Both the position numbers and the translations under genes were made by a program. A DNA stretch of 63,883 bases, counting the filler, from Octopus bimaculoides (Eukaryota), in NCBI RefSeq assembly GCF_001194135.2. It is 8 parts of 7 records of this genome, joined end to end, with 100 filler letters (N's around TTAATTAATTAA, not from the genome) between each part and the next. Parts side by side here need not be neighbours in the genome. Positions count along the whole stretch, not along the records: positions 36,291 to 47,072 come from NC_068981.1; positions 47,173 to 58,753 come from NC_068996.1; 6 more parts are not named here. One strand, given 5' to 3'. Each line of letters opens with the position of its first letter. Position 1 is the first letter of the stretch. Of this stretch, positions 40,927 to 53,530 are shown one piece after another. The notes beneath the pieces were generated by a model. The model did no database searches and was not told the DNA's origin. It saw nothing but the letters and a program-made list of their open reading frames with translations.

Positions 40927-42189
40927 CTATCAAATTCACAGTTTAGAATTTAACTAAAATACAAGTCACTATAGCTAATTCTACCTGTTTTTTCTTTTTC
41001 TGATTTCTTACTTTTCACCATTAATCGTTACTTCTTCCCTCATGAACTCTTACAAAATTTTCAAAAGTTATTACGTAATGTTGCATAGAGCAGCATTAAG
41101 TGAAATATATTTGTTTAACATCATATTCAGCATGCTTGAGTGCATTCAGACATGAGAAGACCTTCTGTTGCAGAAATAGCCCCAGGATAAAATTCTCCAC
41201 TTAGAGACATGAGAAACACAAGATGGACTGTAAATGATGTCAATGGACCATAGGATGCATGCATTTCTGTGTTGTTTCAGTTCATCAGCTGCAAAACCAA
41301 ATCTATCAAAAAATAGTTTAATTTATGATGTTATGTAAAGTTTCAATGCAGTTGTTTTATTTTTTGGTAGTATTCTGGAGGAAAGGTAGTGGAAAAGATT
41401 TATACCAGTCATGTACTGAGGTAGGTTCAATTAACTCTATTCTGACAAAATGTATAGCTTTGTGCTAATGTGAAAAAAACCATTACATCTGGAAAATTAA
41501 AGTCTTGAATCAATCTTTTGATTTCCTTCCAGCTGGACTACAGCTTTTATCTGACATTAAAATATTTCATCAGAAGACAACAGGTTTTTATCAGACCCTG
41601 TGATAAAAGGGTTTTGCTGTTTAGTTCATTGCCTCATTAATTCAGCTTCAACTTCTTTAATAACTTAGTCACCATAATCACTACATCCACTCTAGAGTCA
41701 ATACATCTACTCTATAGCCTATACATATCTCTTCAAGATCAATATCTTCAATGTTTTTATGTTCAGTTATTGTATCTCTACATTATGATGTTGAAACTGT
41801 CACTCCAGGTTATGATGTTGCTGCATTTACATTCATCATTATATTGAAAACATTATAACATATTTACTCCATGTTGTTCATAGAAATTACTATGAAGTTT
41901 CCCTTTCAACTATCAATGTTATTATCCTTCACCTTCACCTATATCATCATCTCCCTAATCACCTCTTTCTCCATCCACCTACCTGTTCACCTTCATCTTT
42001 ACTTAACAGAAAACCTTTAGTTCCTTTGGGATGATTTTACTGGTCTACAAGTCCTAACTGGACACAATATATATATATATAAACAGTGTAGAAACACACT
42101 ATATATTTATATTTTATCATAAGGCTAGTGTGCTAACAGTCACAAATGTGTACGTACATGTTTCCATATATATCTTTTTATTATTTTAT

Positions 42190-42400
42190 ATCTTTTATTT
42201 GTTACAGTCATGGGACTGCAACCACCTGGGGCACTGCCCTGAAGGGTCTAGTTGAACAAATTAATCAGAGTATTTATATTTTTATGCCTGGTAATAATCT
42301 CTCAGTTTCTTTTGCCAAACTGCTAACTTACAGGGATATAAACATACCAAGACCAGTTGTCAAGCAGTGGTGGGTAACAAACACAAACACACACACGCAC
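42190..42400 (-). mobile_element. SINE family A tail (CpG-decayed)
   Basis: gttacagtcatgggactgcaacc...ccagttgtcaagcagtggtggg. Confidence 0.65.
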
Positions 42401-42464
42401 ACATATCTGGTATAGGCAATTGAAACAGTATTGAATTAAAATAGACATCTATGTCTCATATTTA

Positions 42465-43035
42465 ATGTATATACATTGTTTAACTCTAAAGCCCTTTGAT
42501 TCTAAACCTTGCTTCCACACCTGAAATTTCTTCTCTAGTTCTGGAAGTGATTCAGCTATGACAACAAGGTCATCAGCATAGAGGAACTGGCAGGGGCAGG
42601 CCATCTTAAATTCTTCTGTTATTGCTTGGAGGACTATGACGAACAAGAAGGGGCTGAGGACTGATCCTTGGTGAACTCCTACATCCACCTTGAATTCATT
42701 GCTATACTTGTTGCCAACCCTCACCTTACTGACAGTATCCATGTACAGGGCTTGTACAGCTCTCACCAACCACTCATCTATGTCTAGTTTCAACATTGAA
42801 CACCAGATAAGGGAGCGGGGGACTCTGTCAAAGCTTTCTCCATGTCAACAAAAGTCAAAAACAGAGGTTTATTTTTGGCTAGGTACTTCTGCAGCTGCCC
42901 TATCAGAAATATAGCATCAGTGGTGTTTCTCCCTGACACAAAACCAAACTGCATCTCATCTAGACTAACTTTCTTCCTAATTAGTTGGGCTATGACTCTC
43001 TCTATAATTTTCATCACCTGATCCAACAATTTGAT
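42465..43035 (-). mobile_element. RTE-clade LINE reverse transcriptase remnant
   Basis: GIKLLDQVMKIIERVI..MQFGFVSGRNTTDAIF..FVDMEKA, then VGVHQGSVLSPFLF..LYADDLVVIAES; frameshifted. Confidence 0.92.
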
Positions 43036-43130
43036 TCCTCTATACATACATACATACATACATATATATATATATGTGCATATGTGTGTGTGTGTGTGTG
43101 TGTGTGTGTCTGTCTGTGTGTGTGTGTGTG

Positions 43131-43159
<29 letters not shown>

Positions 43160-43162
<3 letters not shown>

Positions 43163-43405
43163 AGTGTTGCCTGGTGTGGTACATAAAAAGCACCATTCAA
43201 GCATCGCCAATGCCAGTTCCGCCTGACTGGCACCCACTACACTCTCAAACTGATTGGCTTTAGAAAGGGCATCCAGTGGTAGAAACCTTGCCAAATCAGA
43301 TTGGAGCCTGGTGCAGCCTCCTGGTCTGCCAGTCCTCAGTCAAACCGTCCAACCCATGCCAGCATGGAAAGCAGATGTTAAACAACAATGATGATGATGA
43401 TGATG

Positions 43406-43410
<5 letters not shown>
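43160..43410 (+). mobile_element. RTE-tailed retroposon 3' part with (GAT)n tail
   Basis: gaaagggcatccagtggtagaaaccttgccaaatcagattggagcc...gcatggaaagcagatgttaaacaacaatgatgat. Confidence 0.8.
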
Positions 43411-43465
<55 letters not shown>

Positions 43466-43637
43466 ATGTATATATAAATGTAAAGAATAGACTGAATTTG
43501 TTTGACCATCTAATAAGGTCACACAATAAATGTCAAACAGGAGTTTAGACAAGACCTCCTGAAAACTTAGACCATGAGACAAACTGCATGAAAGATGAAT
43601 CATTCAGGTCTATGAAAAAAACTGAGCTACAACTTAC

Positions 43638-43679
43638 AACAGACAAACAAGCATAGCACCCAACTAATGCTGGTAGCAG
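43638..43679 (-). CDS. Candidate 42-nt exon of an unidentified gene
   Basis: Acceptor ttgacccttgatttctcag and a consensus donor gtaagt; two frames are open (LLPALVGCYACLSV or ATSISWVLCLFVC). Confidence 0.25.
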
Positions 43680-43774
43680 CTGAGAAATCAAGGGTCAAGA
43701 CAACTCAGAAGATATTTGTGCATGTGCTCATGTGTGTGTGTGTGTGTATGTGTGTGATTATTACCTTCCCTTAG

Positions 43775-43990
43775 TTGGTGAGCTGACAGATTCATTAGTA
43801 CATCAAGCAAACCACTTAACTGCATTTTGTTTGTCTTTAGATTCTGAGTTTAAATTCTGCCAGAGATGCCTTTGCCTTTCACCCTTTTGGGGTTGATGAA
43901 ATAATCTCCAATTGAATACTGGGATTGATATAATCTACTATACCCCTCCTACAAAATTTCAGGCCTTGTGCCTATAGTAGAGAGGATTAT
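43775..43990 (+). mobile_element. SINE family B (decayed)
   Basis: ggtgagctgacagattcattag...ctgagtttaaattctgcc...tttgcctttcacccttttgggg. Confidence 0.75.
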
Positions 43991-44213
43991 TACCTTCTGT
44001 CCAACATTCTCTGAATCTGATGACATTTCTTTTATTTTCTCTTTGCTCTGACCGTGGCCTCTTCCTCCACTAATAAACATTATCTCACTCTCCTTCACTT
44101 TTACCTCCTCTCCCTTATCATCATCATCTTGCTCACCCCTTATTCCTCATTGTTTTAATAATTTTCTTTCACTATCATTTCTCCCAATTTATTTATCCTA
44201 CAAAATGAGTTGA

Positions 44214-44216
<3 letters not shown>

Positions 44217-44298
<82 letters not shown>

Positions 44299-44300
44299 CC
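44217..44300. repeat. (TC)n microsatellite
   Basis: Direct reading. Confidence 0.95.
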
Positions 44301-44504
44301 CTCCACCTCACTCTCCCTCCCATTCTCCTTCCACCTCTCCACCTCTCTCGCCTTCCTCTCTTTCTCTTTCAGTTCAATACTTTTGACTTTTCATTTTCCT
44401 CACAATGTAAAATTTATTCCACTGAATTATTTATATAACTAATTGCTGACACAGAACATCACTAATTTCCTCAAACTCTACTGTTTTACTGATACAGTTA
44501 CAGT

Positions 44505-44725
44505 CAGTCTAACAGCTGCAAGCTGGCAAAATTGTTAGTGCATCAAACAAAATGTTTAGTAGCATTTCTACTGGCACTTCATGTTCTGATTTCAAATGCA
44601 GCCAAGGTCAACTTTTATCCTTTTGGGAGTTGATAAGATAAGTAGTAGTCAAGTACTGGGTTTGATGTAATTAACTAGCCACACTCTTAAAATTGCAGGC
44701 CTTGTGCCAAAATTTGAAACCATAG
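44505..44725 (+). mobile_element. SINE family B (decayed)
   Basis: agctggcaaaattgttagtgc...tgttctgatttcaaatgcagccaaggtcaact. Confidence 0.7.
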
Positions 44726-45184
44726 CTACAGCCGGTTTTATTCTGTTTGGTAAGTCAATCTGCTCTTATACTTGGAAAATCATACAGTGACCATTCTGAG
44801 GACACACAAGAAATATGAAGTTAATATGAAACAATTGCAGATCATTCTGTGTTAGAATAGTTAATGATATATTAAGTATTTTATCTTTCTTCAGTTCTTA
44901 GAATATCTCCTTGGGCAATATACTTAACTTTCACGGAAATTATAAAATCGTTAATGACCTACTTGTCATTTTAATGATAAACAACATCCTATTTTTATGA
45001 CACTACCCTTCATTCGTATGTAACTTTCGTACACAGCAATCATGCACACATGACCTAAATACTTCACACTTGATATATGCTGCTTCTATGGACAAAGACT
45101 TTTGGAACATCCTCCAATGAGAACATAAGAAACTAATCTCCTTTAACAACACAGACACAATCACGACACTTATCAAATACAACT

Positions 45185-45396
45185 TTTTAGCATCGAGATT
45201 ATTCTGTCAAATGTAATTCACTTCATTTTAAATTAACCAAGCATTATTTTATAGCTTTGAGATATCAATGATGTGATTGTTTAATTTTAAAATAACACTG
45301 TAGGGTAGGTATGAGTGGCCAGATCTGACCAGCTTAAAGATAGAACAGGTAGAATATTTTGACCAGATATGGTCAGTTTAAATACTGAAGGGTTAA
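45185..45396 (+). mobile_element. piggyBac-type MITE, left end decayed
   Basis: Aligns to 45603-45830 and ends aaatactgaagggTTAA. Confidence 0.7.
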
Positions 45397-45602
45397 ATAA
45401 TCTTATATAACACACTCTCTAGCCATGAACTACCACACAGCTAAAACATTCAAGGTAGTTAAAAATGCTATAGGCCTTAAAATCTCAAATAATCTCTTGA
45501 TAATGCAACAGGGGCCTAATCTGCATCTTACGGACTAACCTTCCCTTGGTAGGCCAAGAAAATACTTGAATTCTGATGAGCAATTAATTTTCTATATACA
45601 TA

Positions 45603-45830
45603 TTAACCCTTTAGCATTAAAATTATTTTGTAAAATGTAATGCTTTTTCATTCACATTGTTTTTAATTAATCATGCATTATTTTGTAGCTTCAAAATTTT
45701 GATCATGTGATTATATATTTTTTGAATGACATTGAAGGGAATGTGTGATAGGCCAGATCTGGTTGGTTAGAACATAAAACAGATAGCATATATGGGCCAG
45801 ATATGGCCGGTTTAAATACTAATGGGTTAA
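45603..45830 (+). mobile_element. piggyBac-type MITE, complete
   Basis: TTAA-CCCTTTAGCATTAA ... TAAATACTAATGGG-TTAA: TTAA flanks and CCC/GGG termini are the established piggyBac signature. Confidence 0.8.
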
Positions 45831-46253
45831 AGTACATATCTAGAATGGTGCTAGTATTAAACAAATATTTTAGAACACACTTTAAAAAGCCATCTAGCTG
45901 ATTGGCAAAAATTTATTCACTAACACATTACAACTGCTGAATTGGAGACACAATGTTTCTTCTTTCAGTTTAATCTACCACAACTGTAATAGCCTCTGCT
46001 TCACTAAACAAGCTTGTTGTGTACCATTTCCAACCAAGCCAATCTAACATAATTATCTACCTTTCTTACTTTGTCTCACTGCTGACATCTGGTACTAAAT
46101 TCATTGCTCAGTCTTTCCTCATCAGTAATTCTCAGTAATCCTTCAGAATTTCCTTTTCATCCAGTTTTTGTGCAAATTTCACCCTATAGATATTAAATCG
46201 AACATGAGCCATATCAATCTCAACAATCTAGGAACATTTCTCTCTCTCGCTAA

Positions 46254-46345
<92 letters not shown>

Positions 46346-47072
46346 TGCCTCTACAGGTTCCGTCAGTTAAATCATACTCATGTGGTTTTGATCAACCTTA
46401 GGCTATAATTGAAGACACAAGCCCTATGTGCCACACTCAATGGCACTGGGTTTGGAATCACACAGTTGCAAGACAAGCTTCTTAATCACACAATTATTCC
46501 TGGTTATTTTTACTTATAGGGTTTATTTTCACTCCATTTTGATGTTTTCAACAAGGACGTGAATGCTATTTCACAAATGGCTAGCTTTTATTTGAATCAG
46601 TTTAAGATAATTAGGCTAGAAAATTTGAAGTCCTTATTTGTTTTGAATTACTTAAAATAAACTATCCAGTTCAGTTGAATATGACATGATTTTAAACTAT
46701 TTCATTCTGCTCCACTGAAAACTATCATGAAATGTTTTAATAATGTGAGATGGTTTGACTAATGAGAAGTCATGTGTAATTTATCTACATGTCCTGTTCA
46801 TGATAATTAAAGCTATTAAGGAAAGTCCTGAATGTTCTGAAATAAAAAATAGAGATTGAAAGCCAGAGACTGGCACTGAATATTTGAATTTGAATTTTTT
46901 TTTAAACTGTACAATTTTGCAACAAACTCTTTAGATTGTTGTCAACAACTTTTTACTGATTCAATCAATACCTATGTTTAACACTTTTACTGAGTAGAAT
47001 TTGATAGACAGACACTGCAGAGGCCTGATATATGTGTGCGCGTGTATGTATGTATATATGTATATATATATA

Positions 47073-47172
47073 NNNNNNNNNNNNNNNNNNNNNNNNNNNN
47101 NNNNNNNNNNNNNNNNTTAATTAATTAANNNNNNNNNNNNNNNNNNNNNNNNNNNNNNNNNNNNNNNNNNNN
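47073..47172. other. Artificial scaffold linker
   Basis: 44 N + TTAATTAATTAA + 44 N. Confidence 0.95.
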
Positions 47173-47528
47173 GGTGAGGCCCAATGTTCGAAGGTCTTGC
47201 CTCACCACCTCAGCCCAGGTCTTCCTGGGCCTACCTCTTCCACGGGTTCCCTCAACTGTTAGGGTGTGGCACTTTTTCACGCAGCTATCCTCATCCATTC
47301 TCACCACATGTCCATACCAGCGCAATCGTCTCTCTTGCACACCACAACTGATGCTTCTAATGTTCAGCTTTTCTCTCAAGATACTTACACTCTGACGGGT
47401 ATTCACATTGACATTACACATCCAACGGAGCATACTGGCTTCATTCCTTGCGAGCTTACGTATGTCCTCAGCAGTTACAGCCCATGTTTCACTGCCATGT
47501 AGCATGGCTGTTCATACGCATGCGTTAC
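47173..47528 (-). mobile_element. RTE-clade LINE C-terminal ORF remnant
   Basis: MLHGSETWAVT..MLRWMCNV..ERRLRWYGHVVRMDEDSCVKK..VEGTRGRGRPRKTW is the typical RTE C-terminus. Confidence 0.92.
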
Positions 47529-47693
47529 AGGAAAAGAATTGCATTAGCGACATGAATATTTCAGGGTAACAATACGTCTGTAGCACTGTTTGTCCTCACA
47601 GTGAACTTCTTGTTGAGGAAATACCAAGCTACACATAAGGATCTGTGAAAGAGAGGGAAAGTTCTGTACCACATAGCTTTATTGACAATGACA

Positions 47694-49449
47694 TTAACCC
47701 TTCAAGCATTCAAATTATATTGTCAAATGTAATTTTTATTTATTCACATTGTTTTGAATTGATCATGCATTAAACCATAGCTTTGAGAGGTTGGATCTGG
47801 GCTAGTTTGAGTATAAAACAGGTAGAATATTTGGGTTGGATATGGTTGATTTAACCCTTTAGCATTCAGGTTATTTTGTCAAATGTAATGCTTATTTATT
47901 CACATTCTTTTGAATGAATCATGCATTATCTCATAACTTTGAGATTTCGATGACGTGATTGTTTAATTTTATAGTGACATTGTAGGGTAGGTGTAAGAGA
48001 CCAGACCTGGCCAATTTGAATATAAAATAGAATATTTGGCTGGTTTAACCCTTCAGTATTCAGATTATTCAGTCAAATTTAATGCCTAATTTAATGCCTA
48101 TTTATTCACATTATTTTGAATTAGTCATGTATTATCTCATAGCTTTGAGATTTCCATGATGCGATTGTTTAGTTTTAGATTAACATTGTAGGGTAGATGT
48201 GAGTGACTAGATCTGGCCAGTTTAAACATAAAACACATAGAATATCTGGGCTGGAAATAGCTGGTTTAAATGATAAACAGAGGATGCTTTTATTTGCATN
48301 NNNNNNNNNNNNNNNNNNNNNNNNNNNNNNNNNNNNNNNNNNNNNNNNNNNNNNNNNNNNNNNNNNNNNNNNNNNNNNNNNNNNNNNNNNNNNNNNNNNN
48401 NNNNNNNNNNNNNNNNNNNNNNNNNNNNNNNNNNNNNNNNNNNNNNNNNNNNNNNNNNNNNNNNNNNNNNNNNNNNNNNNNNNNNNNNNNNNNNNNNNNN
48501 NNNNNNNNNNNNNNNNNNNNNNNNNNNNNNNNNNNNNNNNNNNNNNNNNNNNNNNNNNNNNNNNNNNNNNNNNNNTATATACATATATACGATGGGCTTC
48601 TTTCAGTTTCTGTCTACCAAATCCACTCACAAGGCTTTGGTGGGCCCAAGGCTTTGGTGGGCCCAAGGCTATAGTAGAAGACACCTGCCGAAGGTGCCAC
48701 GCAGTGTGACTGAACCTAGAACCATGTGGTTCATAAGAAAAATGAATATGGGGTTTAATTTTTTTTTTTAGAATGACACTGTAGGGTAGGTGTGAAAGGC
48801 TGGATACGGTCAGTTTGAACATAAAACATAGAATATTTAGCTTGGATATGACTGGTTTAACCCTTCAGCATTCAGATTATTCTGTCAAATTTAATACCTA
48901 ATTTAATGCCTATTTATTCACATTATTTTGAATTAGTCATGTATTATCTCATAGCTTTGAGATTTCCATGATGCGATTGTTTAGTTTTAGATTAACATTG
49001 TAGGGTAGATGTGAGTGACTAGATCTGGCCAGTTTAAACATAAAACACATAGAATATCTGGGCTGGAAATAGCTGGTTTAAATGATAAACAGAGGATGCT
49101 TTTATTTGCATTTTAGTTGTTTCTGTACAGGAATTATGTTGAGCTGTTTTCCTCTAATATTGTGTAGTGATTGTGTTGTTGTAGAAAACATAGAGCTTTG
49201 TTGTTATTAACCCTTTAACATTCAGATTAATCTCTCAAATGCTTATTTCTTTGCATTGTCATGAATAAATCATGGATGTGGAGTAATCTGGAGGATAAAA
49301 GGTTAAACCAGTCATATTAACTTGTAGCTTTGAGAATTTGATGATGCGATTGTGTACCTTTAGAATAACATTGTAGGGTAGGTGTGACAGGCCAGATCTG
49401 GGTAGAATATCTGGGCAAGAAACAATTGGTTTAAATGCTAAAGGGTAAA
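47694..49449 (+). mobile_element. Cluster of about six piggyBac-type MITE copies, partly head-to-tail
   Basis: TTAACCC starts at 47694, 47851, 48045, 48857 and 49207, plus a partial copy at about 48770; shared body with 45603-45830. Confidence 0.8.
48576..48735 (-). mobile_element. SINE family A head with a 17-nt internal duplication
   Basis: gatgggcttctttcagtttctgtctaccaaatccactcacaaggctttggtgggcccaaggctttggtgggcccaaggct. Confidence 0.8.
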
Positions 49450-49793
49450 AAGCTGCTATCAAGTAATATTCAGAAACCTAAGAGACAGAGATGATCAAAA
49501 CATTCTCAAAGGACTCTAAATGGATAAACGTTGATAATTATTAATCAATCAACGAAAGATTAATTAATGAACAAACAAATAATATGGTTATCCCCAATTA
49601 CTAACATAAAGATATTGTCATGTTTTGGATATGAGCAAACACAGGAACAATAAACGGATAGATCAAATTTTCAAAGTAGAAGAAAACGTCATTAGTCTAG
49701 AATATATGGAACACTAGGCTAGCTTATATGATATACCATTTTTGAAAATGCTACAAAGAGATGACATTCTTAGATAAGAATAAATAAATGTAC

Positions 49794-50389
49794 TACAGTT
49801 GTGGCCAAATGTTTGGAACATAGGGCTGAAAATTAGAACTTTTATATTAAATGTCCAAAGTTATATTTAATTTGCAATACTCTTATACTTGTTTCAGTCA
49901 TATGACTGTAGCCATGCTGGAGCAACGCCTTTTAGTTGAGCAAATTGACTCCAGGACTTATTCTTTGTAAGCCTAGTACTTATTCTATTGGTGTCTTTTG
50001 CTGAACCGCTAAGTTACGGGGACGTAAACACACCAGTATCAGTTGTCAAGCGATGTTAGTGGGGACAAACACAGACACACAAACACACACGCACATACAT
50101 ATATATGACGGACTTCTTTCAGTTTCTGTCTATCAAATACACTCACAAGGCTTTGGTCGGCTCGAGGCTATAGTAGAAGACACTTGCCCAATGTGCTACG
50201 CAGTGGGACTGAACCTGGAACCATGTGGTTGGTAATAATATATTATTACTTGGCCAAAATTTTGGAACATAGGTCTGCAAATTATTAGGTAAGTATATCT
50301 CCATATTGTATATATTTGAATTAAATTGTACTTGGGCATAACAATTTTAAGTTTTAGAAAATTGTTCCAAACTTTTGGCCACAAATGTA
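49794..50389. mobile_element. Tc1/mariner-type MITE carrying a nested SINE
   Basis: Left end tacagttgtggccaaatgtttggaaca versus the reverse complement of the right end tacatttgtggccaaaagtttggaaca (25/27), with TA termini. Confidence 0.7.
49885..50235 (-). mobile_element. SINE family A
   Basis: Complete tail, core and head up to gggactgaacctggaaccatgtggttggtaa. Confidence 0.9.
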
Positions 50390-50979
50390 TATTTGATGGC
50401 CTAATAAGGTACACTAATTTATAAAAACCCCAGTTTTAGAAGGCCCCCTTTCTTGGTTCACCACATGCTAGTAGCCAAAGCCCTGACATTCAGTGTATAA
50501 GATGCAGGCTGATTTTCTGAGAGGGTTTTTTTAGTGGAGAAGAAGGGGAATGCACCATAAAAGCTACAATTAAATATATGGTGTATCACAGTCTCCAACG
50601 AAGAAAAGACATCTGTCTGTACCACATGTGCTGGACTCCCATGGGGTGTTACATAAGATAAGTGCAAATAAATGGGTTTTAAAAGAAGTTTAAAACATTT
50701 ACATGAATCAAGTATCAGTTATTCATTCATTCGTTTGTTCATTCACACACACATACCTACCTAACTACCTACATAATTATCTACCTATTAACCTAACTTC
50801 TTACACATATTCATGCATAGATACACAGTAGGAATGTAGCTCTTTTTCTGTCTATGTCTGGTGCTTACAAACTCTAACATCGTTATATGAGATGTGAGGA
50901 GTATTTCAGGACACTTAATTATCAGTATATTATATTTTACAAACTAATTAAAAGATTTTTTGTCACTTTCAGATCCCCC

Positions 50980-51260
50980 ATGGCAGATAAAATGCTAACA
51001 CAAGAAATGAAAAGACATGCAGTCATTGTTACCATATGTGCAAGCACACAGTAATTCAGAAATTGCCAACTTTCTAAATGTCGCAAGATCTCTGGAAATC
51101 TCTGGTGGGAATATTTCAACTGTATCAAAAAGAAGAACAAACATTCTAAGCGTTCAGATACTATAAGGACACCTCAATTTATCCAACAGCTTCAAAACAT
51201 TTTTGATGATGATGACACCAAAAAATCAATGAGGGCCATCACCAAAGAACTTCACAGACC
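50980..51260 (+). pseudogene. Tc1/mariner-superfamily transposase N-terminal (HTH) remnant
   Basis: MADKMLTQEMKRHAVIVTIC..SNSEIANFLNVARSL..KHSKRSDTIRTPQFIQQLQNIFDD..KSMRAITKELH across two frameshifts; resembles the DNA-binding region of mariner/maT-type transposases. Confidence 0.55.
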
Positions 51261-51409
51261 AAATCACAGGATTCTGCTGAAGACTTTCTCCACTGACAAG
51301 TACTCAGTACATTTAGGTAATACTTCTAAAAGAAAGAGAGCGTCAATAGTACTTCTCATTGGTAGAAAACCAAACCACATTTCATCTAACCTAATTCTTT
51401 TCCTAATTC

Positions 51410-51921
51410 CTTAGCTTTACACACACACAAAGACCCCACTTCGGTCATGAATGACCATGGGACTGCACCTACAAAGTTACCCTCTCAGGCACAAGTCCGT
51501 GCAAGGTTGTTTATGGAAGACCAGCAGTCACCCATGCATCCCAGCCTCCCCTCTCCATGCCATTATACACACAGAGAGTAACGGGTAAAGACCCTTTTCA
51601 GTCATGAATGACCATGGGATTGCACATAGAAAGTTCCCCTCCGAGGCACAGGTCCAGGCAAGGTTGTTTATGGAAGACTACCAGTCGCCCATGCATCCCA
51701 GCCTCCCCTCTTCACGCCACCGATGTTATCCAAGTGAAAGGCAAAGGCTGATACAGCTTGACACCCGTGACGTAGCAACTCACTTCTACAGCTGAGTGAA
51801 CTGGAGCAACGTGAAATAAAGTGTCTTGCTCAAGAACACAACACACAGCCTCATCTGGGAATCGAACTAACAACATCATCATTGTAACCCCAACACTCTA
51901 ACCACTGAGCCATGCACCTTC
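51410..51921 (-). mobile_element. tRNA-derived SINE (family C-like head and core) with a ~130-nt internal duplication
   Basis: Head gaaggtgcatggctcagtggttagagtg...ttagttcgattccc; core cttgagcaagacactttatttcacgttgctccagttcactcagctgtag; 51429-51560 is repeated at 51589-51720. Confidence 0.75.
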
Positions 51922-51939
51922 ACTTTACATGTATATACA

Positions 51940-52146
51940 CAGAGTGACCAAGTCACAAAGGAGTCTAAAACTTTGATAAATTTGTTGCAGTTACCTTATT
52001 TTATTTGTACCAAACACAATGTGATTTTCCATGCTTAACATACCTATATTTCCTATATACACACTGTATATGGTGCTAAGGTACTGTAAATTTAAAATAA
52101 AATATAAATGAATTACCAACACTTTTGTAACTTTTGGGCCACCCTG
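51940..52146. mobile_element. Degenerate Tc1/mariner-type MITE
   Basis: Left end cagagtgaccaagtcacaaa versus the reverse complement of the right end cagggtggcccaaaagttacaaa. Confidence 0.45.
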
Positions 52147-52171
52147 TGTGTGTATATATATATATATATAT

Positions 52172-52625
52172 TATCATCATCATCATCATCGTTTAATGTC
52201 CACTTTCCATGCTAGCATGGGTTGGACGGTTTGACTGAGGACTTGTGAGCCAGACAGCTGCACCAGGCTCCAATCTGATTTGGCAGAGTTTCTACAGCTG
52301 GATGCCCTTCCTAATGCCAACCACTCTGAGAGTGTGGTGGGTGCTTTTACATGCCACCAGCATGAGGGGCAGTCAGGCAGTTCTGGCAACAGCCATGCTC
52401 AAATGGTGTTTTTATGTGCCACCTGCACAGGAGCCAGTCCAGCAGCACTGGCAATGCCCTCGCTCGAATGCTGTATTTCATGTACCACCAGCAGAAGTGC
52501 CAGGAAGGTGACGCTGGTAACGATCACACTCGAATGGTGCTTTTTAGGTGTTACCGGCACGGGGGCCAGTCAGCAGCCCTGGCAATGATCATGCTCAGAT
52601 GATGCTCTTAGTGCTCTGCTAGCAC
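52172..52625 (-). mobile_element. RTE-tailed retroposon with four to five internal repeats
   Basis: (CAT)n, then cgtttaatgtccactttccatgctagcatgggttggacg; aligns to 7872-8270. Confidence 0.85.
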
Positions 52626-52679
52626 GGATGCCTTTCATGTGGTGCTGTCATCGAATTTGATTTCGATTTCATTATATAT

Positions 52680-52835
52680 GTGGCTGTGTGGTAAGTAGCT
52701 TGCTTACCAACCACACGATTCTGGGTTCAGTCCCACTGTGTAGCACCTTGGGCAAGTGTCTTCTACTATTGCCTCAGGCCAACCAAAGCCTTGTGAGTGG
52801 ATTTGGTAGACAGAAACTGAAAGAAGCCCGTCGTA

Positions 52836-52874
<39 letters not shown>

Positions 52875-53093
52875 GTGTGTGTCTGTGTGTTTGTGTGTTT
52901 ATGTTTGCCCCCCCCCCCCCNNNNNNNNNNNNNNNNNNNNAACATCGCTTGACAACCGATGGTGGTGTGTTTTCGAGAGAATAAGTACTAGGCTTACAAA
53001 GAATAAGTCATGGGGGTCGATTTGCTTGACTAAAGGCGGTGCTCCAGCATGGCCACAGTCAAAATGACTGAAACAAGTAAAAGAGTAAAGAGT
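52680..53093 (+). mobile_element. Full-length SINE family A
   Basis: gtggctgtgtggtaagtagcttgcttaccaaccacacgattctgggttcagtccc head through the tail gactgaaacaagtaaaagagtaaagag. Confidence 0.9.
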
Positions 53094-53319
53094 AATTATA
53101 TATATAAGACGTAATTAAGATTCAGTTGAATTAGGTACTTAAGTTGAGGCACCAAGTCAGTCCAGTATTGCCCTCATAGCAGCCTAGAGTTAGTTGAATA
53201 AAAAGCAAATAAGTAACAAGGATGTCCAAGTATCAATGCATTATGGTCATTTCAAATTGATGTAATACTTGCATTGGAACGAAATGCACTAATAACTGGA
53301 CATCTTTGCTACTTATTTG

Positions 53320-53357
<38 letters not shown>

Positions 53358-53409
53358 NNNNNNNNNNCTCATTTCAATTAATGAACTGCAGCCATACTGG
53401 AGCACTGCT

Positions 53410-53530
53410 TTGACATGCCAAATCAGGCTGGAGTCTGGTGCAGCCTTCCAGCGTGCCAGCTTGGTCAAACCGTTCAACCCATGCCAGCATGGACAACAGA
53501 CGTTAAATGATGATGATGATGATGACGATG
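53410..53530 (+). mobile_element. RTE-tailed retroposon 3' stub
   Basis: tgccaaatcaggctggagtctggtgcagcc...caacccatgccagcatggacaacagacgttaaatgatgatgat. Confidence 0.7.

Noticed and set aside
48045-49110. ~250-bp near-identical duplication (48045-48299 versus 48857-49110)
   Set aside because: The first copy ends at a gap and all three differences fall in the first 45 nt, so an assembly or haplotype duplication cannot be separated from a real event
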